64,000 bases of DNA, from contig OY759353.1 in NCBI GenBank assembly GCA_963662315.1, positions 3,232,001 through 3,296,000 of the forward strand, given 5' to 3'. Positions within the stretch are counted from its first letter, which is position 1. Every line of letters starts with the position of its first letter. Below the pieces are notes generated by a model. That model had not been told where the DNA came from. It did not search any database and saw only the letters and a program-made list of their open reading frames with translations. The stretch comes from Geopsychrobacteraceae bacterium (GTDB lineage Bacteria; Desulfobacterota; Desulfuromonadia; Desulfuromonadales; Geopsychrobacteraceae). Of the stretch, positions 57,206-64,000 are shown piece by piece. The translations under genes were made by a program, and so were the position numbers.

Positions 57206-58012
57206 TTGGCTAAAGTCGTTGTTGTAACGTCCGGAAAGGGCGGGGTTGGTAAAACAACCACCAGTGCGGCCTATGCGTCGGCGCTGGCTTTAAAGGGATA
57301 TAAAACTGTCGTAATCGATTTTGATGTCGGTTTGCGCAACCTTGACCTGATCATGGGGTGCGAACGGCGCGTTGTTTATGATCTGCTCAATGTCATCCAT
57401 GGCGAAGGATCTCTTAACCAGGCGTTAATCAAAGATAAACGGATTGAAGAGCTGTACATCCTTCCCGCATCGCAGACCCGTGACAAGGAAGCCCTGACCA
57501 TCGAGGGTGTCGGAAAAGTCATTGATGAGCTGAAGGAACGCTTTGATTACATTGTCTGTGATTCTCCGGCCGGGATTGAAAAGGGTGCTATAGCCGCCAT
57601 GTATTATGCCGATGAAGCTTTGGTTGTCACTAATCCTGAAGTTTCCTCAGTGCGTGACTCAGACCGAATTATCGGCATGCTGGCCAGTAAAACGCATAAA
57701 GCCCAGAATGGTGAAGAGGTGAAATCCCATCTGGTGGTCACCCGTTACGACCCGCTACGGGTTCAGAAGGGTGAAATGCTCAGTGTCTATGATGTACAGG
57801 AGATTCTTGCCATCCCTCTGCTCGGAGTGATTCCCGAGTCAAAATCGGTCCTGAGTGCATCCAACTCCGGGGTACCGGTGGTGCTGGATGATAAAAGTGA
57901 CGCCGGGATGGCATACTTTGATACGGTCGACAGGTTCTTGGGGGAAGAACGCGAATATCGCTTTATGGACGCCCCGAAGACCGGATTCTTCTCGCGCATA
58001 TTTGGTAAGTGA
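57206..58012 (+). CDS. minD: Septum site-determining protein MinD
   Basis: SGKGGVGKTT, DVGLRNLD, DSPAGIE and C-terminal GFFSRIFGK helix; TTG 57206 after AAGGAGG. Confidence 0.97.
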   Translation: MAKVVVVTSGKGGVGKTTTSAAYASALALKGYKTVVIDFDVGLRNLDLIMGCERRVVYDLLNVIHGEGSLNQALIKDKRIEELYILPASQTRDKEALTIEGVGKVIDELKERFDYIVCDSPAGIEKGAIAAMYYADEALVVTNPEVSSVRDSDRIIGMLASKTHKAQNGEEVKSHLVVTRYDPLRVQKGEMLSVYDVQEILAIPLLGVIPESKSVLSASNSGVPVVLDDKSDAGMAYFDTVDRFLGEEREYRFMDAPKTGFFSRIFGK

Positions 58013-58013
58013 T

Positions 58014-58274
58014 ATGAGTTTCCTAGATTTTTTTCGGTCGAACAAGGCGGGTTCAGCGGCACTGGCAAAAGAGCGTCTGCAGATCATTGTTGCCCACGAA
58101 CGAGGCAGAGCTGGGGCTCCCGATTTTTTACCCCAGTTGCAGCAGGAAATTCTTGCTGTGGTGCGTAAATATGTGCAGATCAGCGAAGATCAGATCAAAT
58201 TGTCCGTTGATAAACGGGATGATTGTGAAGTCCTTGAGCTGAACATTTCTATGGCTGATTTCGAAAAGAAATAA
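58014..58274 (+). CDS. minE: Cell division topological specificity factor MinE
   Basis: MSFLDFF, AKERLQIIVAHER, EILAVVRKYV and VLELNI. Confidence 0.96.
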   Translation: MSFLDFFRSNKAGSAALAKERLQIIVAHERGRAGAPDFLPQLQQEILAVVRKYVQISEDQIKLSVDKRDDCEVLELNISMADFEKK

Positions 58275-58312
58275 TTAGTCGGAAAGTCATTATATCAGTC
58301 AAACCCTATTTT

Positions 58313-58347
58313 CAGCCTCTTGGTGGCGTTCTGCTACCAAGAGGCTG
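58313..58347. terminator. Hairpin between convergent genes
   Basis: CAGCCTCTTGGTGGC/GCTACCAAGAGGCTG. Confidence 0.55.
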
Positions 58348-58362
58348 GACGAGATTAGCCAA

Positions 58363-60264
58363 TCAGGTGTGGTTAAATCTGAGGAATACGGACTGTAACA
58401 GGCTCTTGTTGGCTTTATCAGCCAGGGTTGATTGGGGGAAATCTCTGATACAGCGCTGATAATATTGATATGCCCCTTCATACATTTGCAAATCTTCAAG
58501 CAACCGCGCACATTGAAAGAGTGATTTTTCCAGCACCGAAGTCGCCGTTTGCTGGTTCTGACACACATGCTCAAGGCACTGCACCGCAGATTCCAGATCC
58601 CCGGCGCGTGAGAAATACTGTGCCAGGCGATACATACTGGTGGGGTCCAGGCCCTTAAAATACTTTTGATAATACTCGTGGTATACCAGCATGGCTTGCT
58701 CCGCGTCGGTCTGGACCAGTTTGGGAATAACTTGCTGATAAAGCTGGTCGGCCTCCTCGCTGGCAGAAAATTTGGAGCGCAGGCGCGCCAGAAGCAGCAA
58801 GGCTTCGCTGTTTGCTGGATCATTTTTCAGCAGCAGACGCAATGATTCTTCCCCTTTATCAGTGTCTCCTGAGCCAATAGAGTTATTTACCGCCTGGCTG
58901 CCAAGCTCGATATGACGTTCAGTGATGGCGTCCTTGTTGATTTTGAACAGCATGGCCAGCAGGGTTCCACAAATAATGCCGCCAATATGCGCCCAATGGC
59001 CGATGTTTGAGTGATTGGTGCCCTGTAATTGCCCCAGCCCGCTACTTAGGTCAGCAAGGAAAAACAGCCCGATAATAATCAGGGAGTTGAGCTTAACTTT
59101 CAGACTGAGAGGGAGGATGAATGACAACAGGCCAAGAATCGGCAGTGGGAACACCATGGTTTTAAAGTAACAACGCACGGCAAAGACACCCATAATTCCG
59201 GCAATCGCTCCGGAGGCGCCCAGTAAATGTGCGGGCCAACCCATGATCAGGCACGTCACCAGATACAACAGGCCTGCACCAATACCACTGACCAGATAGA
59301 GAGTTAGGTACAATCTGGTCCCGATGCGGCGCTCAACCATGGTTCCTACCGCCCATAAAAAGAGCATATTCCCCCATAAATGCCCTTGGTTCGCATGTAA
59401 AAACATATAGGAGAGCAGGCTGCCGGGAACATTAACGATGGTTGGTTTAAACGGCAGAAAAATCAGGTTGTTTGCAATAAATGTTGCGTTAGCGCTGGTT
59501 TCAAGCAGGTAAAAAATCAGAATATTGATGGCAATCAGGCTGTAGGTTGCCACAGGTACGTATTGTTGTTTGCGTTCTTCCTGGCCATACATAATCGGCA
59601 TCAGGGTGACATGTTCACGCAGTAAGGCAAAAGATGACTGCCCGGTAACACTGGCTTGCATATGCAGATATAGAAAGAAGAAGACTGGAAACAGGAGCAG
59701 GAACAGGCTCAGCCACCCCTGCAGAAAGTTCTTTACCAGCAGGATCAAAACGATGGTAAGGCATGCTTTGAGAATGAACAGTTGCTCCGGATGACTATCG
59801 AAATAGCTTTCTTCTGGAGGCACCAACGCTGTAGCTGGATTAAACGCCTGATCTTGCCTGCGTGCCTGAACCTCAGCATAACGGGCAAAGATTACACCAC
59901 AGTGCTGGCATGATTCGCCGTGCTGGTTTCCTGTCTGACATTTGGGGCAGGTGCGGGAGTTTTGCGTTGGTGCAGGTTCGACTTTCTGCTGCAGGTTGGA
60001 ATTTGCTGGGGCCGCAGCTTCAGTTTCTTGGTGAACCGCGATGACATCGCATAAAACGCCGATATCATCGAAAAAAGCTTTATAGCGCTGAGCTTTTTCG
60101 TAAGGCAGTTCTTTTTTTAGAATGGCCTGCTGGCCCGACAACAGCTTGTCTATGGTTGCTTGAGAATATTTACACTTTTCTCGTAAGTTTTTTACGATTT
60201 CCGTGCGTTCGATATCAAAAGCCATGTCACCACTGAAGATGACATTGAAACGTCGATCGTTCAT
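58363..60264 (-). CDS. Multidomain rhomboid intramembrane serine protease (N-terminal domain, zinc ribbon, C-terminal TPR)
   Basis: FLHA..HLWGNM, GASG (Ser) and AHIGG (His); CPKC..CQHC; TPR-like tail. Confidence 0.88.
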   Translation of the reverse strand: MNDRRFNVIFSGDMAFDIERTEIVKNLREKCKYSQATIDKLLSGQQAILKKELPYEKAQRYKAFFDDIGVLCDVIAVHQETEAAAPANSNLQQKVEPAPTQNSRTCPKCQTGNQHGESCQHCGVIFARYAEVQARRQDQAFNPATALVPPEESYFDSHPEQLFILKACLTIVLILLVKNFLQGWLSLFLLLFPVFFFLYLHMQASVTGQSSFALLREHVTLMPIMYGQEERKQQYVPVATYSLIAINILIFYLLETSANATFIANNLIFLPFKPTIVNVPGSLLSYMFLHANQGHLWGNMLFLWAVGTMVERRIGTRLYLTLYLVSGIGAGLLYLVTCLIMGWPAHLLGASGAIAGIMGVFAVRCYFKTMVFPLPILGLLSFILPLSLKVKLNSLIIIGLFFLADLSSGLGQLQGTNHSNIGHWAHIGGIICGTLLAMLFKINKDAITERHIELGSQAVNNSIGSGDTDKGEESLRLLLKNDPANSEALLLLARLRSKFSASEEADQLYQQVIPKLVQTDAEQAMLVYHEYYQKYFKGLDPTSMYRLAQYFSRAGDLESAVQCLEHVCQNQQTATSVLEKSLFQCARLLEDLQMYEGAYQYYQRCIRDFPQSTLADKANKSLLQSVFLRFNHT

Positions 60265-60492
60265 TCCCCCTCCCCTGAAAGAATCATTTTTATATTGGAT
60301 GTAACGATAAAAACATCAATATAACCAATAATTTATAGCATAGACAAGAGAAATTTCCCGGTGCTTAAGAAGAAATGTTTCAAGTTTGAATCCAGAAGGG
60401 TTACATTGCCAGCATACAAGCTTGGAATTATAGTTATTTTTTGGGGGGAGTGTCGCAGAGCGATTGTTGACTAAACCTGACGGGAACGGCCC

Positions 60493-61059
60493 ATGGAAAT
60501 AGAACTGAAAAGCGCTGAAATATCAGAAATTGATGCTATCCTGACGTTGCATGCCAAGTATCAGATAGACACCATCAATGAGGAAGATAAAGCCGACGGC
60601 TTTGTGACAACAACTTTTACCAAAGAGCAAATGGTCGCTTTGATCACTAAGGAAAAAGGCCTTTTCATTGCCAAGAAAGATGGTGAGATCGTGGCTTATG
60701 TGATGGCGGCTTCGTGGGATTTCTGGTCGGCGTGGCCGATGTTTGCCTTTATGATGGAGGGGCTGCCTGATCTTGAATACCAGGGGGAAACGCTGACGGT
60801 TGAGAATTCGTACCAGTATGGGCCGGTCTGTATTGATAAAAGTGTCCGGGGCTCGGGTGTTCTGGAACAAATTTTTGCGTTCGCAAAACAGCACATGGCA
60901 AAGCGGTTTCCGTTTTTGGTGACCTTTGTCAATACTGTGAATGAAAGATCATATCAGGCCCATAAAAGAAAACTTGGCCTCGATGTCGTGCAGCAGTTTG
61001 ACTATAACGGAAAGCGCTATTATGAAATGGTTTGTCGCACCAGGGTGGTCAGCAGATAA
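60493..61059 (+). CDS. GNAT family acetyltransferase
   Basis: GPVCIDKSVRGSG acetyl-CoA motif and NERSYQAH. Confidence 0.8.
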   Translation: MEIELKSAEISEIDAILTLHAKYQIDTINEEDKADGFVTTTFTKEQMVALITKEKGLFIAKKDGEIVAYVMAASWDFWSAWPMFAFMMEGLPDLEYQGETLTVENSYQYGPVCIDKSVRGSGVLEQIFAFAKQHMAKRFPFLVTFVNTVNERSYQAHKRKLGLDVVQQFDYNGKRYYEMVCRTRVVSR

Positions 61060-61101
61060 GACAATGCCAGGCGCTGCTTGCCGCAGTAAGGGCAGTAAGC
61101 A

Positions 61102-62031
61102 ATGAGGCGGCCAGGTAAGCTGTTCGGATCGGCACATTCCCAAGCGGTAATGGGGCTCTGTGCGGCCTGTTCTGCCGGTTTTTTCTGGGGCACGGGAGCC
61201 GTAATCGTCAACATCCTTATCGTCCAATATGGCTGTAGTCCGGAGAATATTTCCTTCTGGCGCTTTGCCGTTGGAGCCGTTCTTCTGCTGGCTGTCTTTG
61301 GCCGGCAGGTTCATTGGCAGCAACTGCGGCCACATTTATCCATCATACTGATCGCAGGGACCGCCATGGCTGGTTATGTGCTCTGCTGGTTTTGGGGCAT
61401 AGAGTATATCGGCGCAGCGATTCCAACCTTGATTGCTCTTTGCCTGCCACCTGTCCTTGTCACCCTTTTTGCCCTTGCTAGGGGGCAGGAGACCTTTAGC
61501 CTTCAACTTGCTGGTTTGTTGAGCGCAGCTTTACTCGGAACCGTTTTAATTGTCTATCGCCATGATCCAGAAATGGGCAGTTTTAACCATAATGACCTCA
61601 TCAAGGGGGTTCTGTTTTCGACTATGTCAGCCGTGTTATATGCAGGGTTTTCCCTTATAAGCGGCCCTCTATCCAAACGTTTTGGCGCCGGGCAAACAAC
61701 CACCTGCGTTACGATTGTTGCAACGATCGTGATGGGTTGTGCTTCTGTTTATCGTCCCCTCTATTGGCCGAGCGACATTCCTCCGCAAGCGTGGTTTCTT
61801 TATCTAGGTGTCGTGACTGCGGCGTTGGCTTTGCTGGCTTTCAGCTGGGGGGCTGCGCGCCTGTCTCCAACGGCATTGACAGTAGCGACACTGGTTGAAC
61901 CCTTAACCGCTGTATTATTGGCAGCTCTTTTCCTGGATGAACAGTTAGGTTTGCTCCAGTGGCTGGGGGGATGTCTTCTTTTGACCAGTATCTGGGGGCT
62001 TGGGCGCAGAAGTACATCGCCAATTGCATAG
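61102..62031 (+). CDS. DMT/EamA family transporter
   Basis: FWG, WRF, LYLGV and LVEPLTA; about 10 TM segments. Confidence 0.88.
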   Translation: MRRPGKLFGSAHSQAVMGLCAACSAGFFWGTGAVIVNILIVQYGCSPENISFWRFAVGAVLLLAVFGRQVHWQQLRPHLSIILIAGTAMAGYVLCWFWGIEYIGAAIPTLIALCLPPVLVTLFALARGQETFSLQLAGLLSAALLGTVLIVYRHDPEMGSFNHNDLIKGVLFSTMSAVLYAGFSLISGPLSKRFGAGQTTTCVTIVATIVMGCASVYRPLYWPSDIPPQAWFLYLGVVTAALALLAFSWGAARLSPTALTVATLVEPLTAVLLAALFLDEQLGLLQWLGGCLLLTSIWGLGRRSTSPIA

Positions 62032-62141
62032 TTTGATTTTTTTAAATGTAAGGGGTTCTTGTTGATGTTGTTCCCGATACGTTAGAATACCTGAGCAACC
62101 TGTTCTGCATAACCTCTGTGCCTAACAACGAGGATAATTTC

Positions 62142-62486
62142 ATGAGCGAAAAGAATACTCTGTACATTCTCTGGACCAATGACAATCCGATTACTGCAGA
62201 AAAGATGGTGTTCATGTATGGCATCAATTCTAAGCTGCGTGAGTGGTGGGAAAACGTAACGATTATCATCTGGGGGGCTACGGCCAAACTGATGGCGGAA
62301 AACAGTGATATTCAGGAACTGGTCAAAGGTGCGCTTGACTCCGATGTTCATGTGACTGCCTGTAAAGCCTGTGCCGATCAGTTGGGGGTCAGTGAAACGC
62401 TGGCGGATCTGGGCGTGGAAGTGATTTATTGGGGAGAGCCGTTAACCAGAATTTTAAAAGATAATGAGGCAATAATTTCCGTGTAA
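62142..62486 (+). CDS. DsrE-like protein
   Basis: LYILWT, IIWGA and ACKACAD; ATG 62142 after GAGG. Confidence 0.8.
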   Translation: MSEKNTLYILWTNDNPITAEKMVFMYGINSKLREWWENVTIIIWGATAKLMAENSDIQELVKGALDSDVHVTACKACADQLGVSETLADLGVEVIYWGEPLTRILKDNEAIISV

Positions 62487-62634
62487 ATCTTGTCGCGTGA
62501 AGCGTTATTGCTTCACGCGGTCACGCATTAAAAAATATCCTGCATCTGCACAAAATTACTTCCTATGGCACGCTTTGCGTGATATCCCTTTTTGAGGTAA
62601 TTCCTATTTTAAGCTGATCAGCAGGAGAAAAGCG

Positions 62635-63828
62635 ATGGACTATCAGTCTTTGCTCGCCGACCGAACCCGGGAGATGTCGGCGAGTGCAATCAGGGAAATC
62701 CTGAAAGTGGTTTCCCAACCCGGGATGATTTCATTGGCCGGCGGTATACCGGCTCCGCAAAGCTTTCCTATGGAGATCATCGAAGAATTAACGGCGATGG
62801 TCTTACGCAAATACGCCGCTCAGGCGTTTCAATATGACCTCACCGAGGGCTTCCTGCCGTTACGTTCAGCATTAGCCCGCCACCTCACCGGAAAAGCCAT
62901 CAACGTCAGCCGTGATGACATCATCATTTCCAGCGGGTCACAGGGTGGACTGGATGCCATTGGCAAGATTCTGATCAGCAAGGGGGATAAAGTTGCCGTT
63001 GAAGCGCCAACCTACCTCGGCGCTCTGCAGGCTTTCAATCCTTATGAGCCCGACTATGTACGGATGGATACCGACGAAGAGGGTTTAATTCCCGCCGCGT
63101 TGGAAGCAGTTTTAAAGCAGCATAAGATCAAGTTTATCTACCTGGTGCCGACCTTCCAGAACCCGACTGGGCGGACCCTGTCGTTGGAGAGAAGACAGCA
63201 GATTGCTGAGATTCTACAGAACTATGATGCGCTGTTGTTTGAAGATGACCCCTACGGTGATCTTCGTTATCAAGGTGAGATTTTGCCAACGATTAAAAGC
63301 CTGGCTCCTGATAATGTTATTTATGCAGGAACTTTATCAAAAATTTTCGCACCCGGATTACGAATTGGCTACCTTGTCGCACCACCAGAGATTCAACGTT
63401 GGCTGGTGTTGAGCAAGCAGGGGGTGGATCTGCACACCAGCACCTTCAATCAGGCACTGGCTGCGGAGTACCTGACCGGTGGCTACCTGAAAGAGCATCT
63501 GCCTCGCATTATCGACCTGTATCGACCACGGCGTCAGGCCATGCTTGATGCCCTGGATAAATATTTTCCCAAAGAATTTACCTGGTCCCGTCCAGAAGGA
63601 GGGATGTTTCTGTGGGCTGAGGGACCGGAAGGCTTTAACCTGGACAACGCTTATCATGAAGCGATTCGGCGCAATGTCGCTTTTGTGCCGGGACGTTACT
63701 TTTATTCCCATGCCGGTGAAGGCTTGTCGACCATGCGTTTGAACTTTACCATGTTTGATGAAGAGACTCTGACCCGGGCGATTGAAATTCTTGGTCATGT
63801 CCTTCAAGAAGAATTAACACGGAGTTAA
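62635..63828 (+). CDS. PLP-dependent aminotransferase, class I/II (LysN/2-aminoadipate transaminase-like)
   Basis: SAIREIL, ISLAGG.P, FQNPTG, EDDPY, TLSK.FAPGLRIG and PEGGMF. Confidence 0.9.
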   Translation: MDYQSLLADRTREMSASAIREILKVVSQPGMISLAGGIPAPQSFPMEIIEELTAMVLRKYAAQAFQYDLTEGFLPLRSALARHLTGKAINVSRDDIIISSGSQGGLDAIGKILISKGDKVAVEAPTYLGALQAFNPYEPDYVRMDTDEEGLIPAALEAVLKQHKIKFIYLVPTFQNPTGRTLSLERRQQIAEILQNYDALLFEDDPYGDLRYQGEILPTIKSLAPDNVIYAGTLSKIFAPGLRIGYLVAPPEIQRWLVLSKQGVDLHTSTFNQALAAEYLTGGYLKEHLPRIIDLYRPRRQAMLDALDKYFPKEFTWSRPEGGMFLWAEGPEGFNLDNAYHEAIRRNVAFVPGRYFYSHAGEGLSTMRLNFTMFDEETLTRAIEILGHVLQEELTRS

Positions 63829-63835
63829 CGGTAGC

Positions 63836-64000
63836 ATGACCTATAAAACCTTTTGGACCGATCCTTACCTGACCACCATGCAGGCAAGGGTCGTTTCGGT
63901 TGATGGTCCGGCGGTTGTTCTTGAAAGCACGATCTTCTTCGCTTTTTCGGGTGGGCAGGAGAGTGATACCGGAACCATTGGTGGTTATCCGGTGGTTGAG
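63836..64000 (+). CDS. AlaX-type alanyl-tRNA editing protein, 5' part truncated by the window edge
   Basis: My translation MTYKTFWTDPYLTTMQARVVSVDGPAVVLESTIFFAFSGGQESDTGTIGGYPVVE contains the TxF...GGQ.SD.G motif; not in the ORF track. Confidence 0.8.
   Translation, partial: MTYKTFWTDPYLTTMQARVVSVDGPAVVLESTIFFAFSGGQESDTGTIGGYPVVE

Noticed and set aside
62566..62580. TGGCACGCTTTGC upstream of the aminotransferase as a sigma-54 promoter
   Set aside because: GG-to-GC spacing is 8 nt, not the required 10

Overview
A 64-kb chromosomal window, most likely from an anaerobic deltaproteobacterium (Desulfuromonadales-like; inferred from gene content only). I found no rRNA, tRNA, CRISPR array, transposase or integrase. 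Housekeeping blocks: hemW-hrcA-grpE-dnaK-dnaJ with a perfect CIRCE, an 11-gene Mrp/Mbh-type Na+/H+ antiporter operon, aroC-rbgA-RRM, trxB-comM, alpha-2-macroglobulin-pbpC, moaC-mog, ppk2 and minCDE. Best candidate for an undescribed system: a sigma-54-type operon at 48.0-54.3 kb encoding MobA, a CCG/Fe-S protein, an acetylene-hydratase-family Mo/W enzyme lacking the catalytic Asp, a DUF2064/CofC-fold protein with a new CPCxxCG motif and a ferredoxin-DUF169 fusion. Other notable items: a ~140-160-bp hairpin repeat family showing covariation (2.5 tandem copies at 8.6-9.0 kb, one copy at 38.5 kb); an OFA transporter with an in-frame Cys4 N-terminal extension and two RBS/ATG starts; a non-canonical bEBP-PspA-membrane protein module; an LprI-alpha-2-macroglobulin fusion; a fungal-like chorismate synthase; a Cys-less NifU-like protein; and six GG-N10-GC sigma-54 promoter candidates. 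All family assignments are from motif recognition, not database searches.
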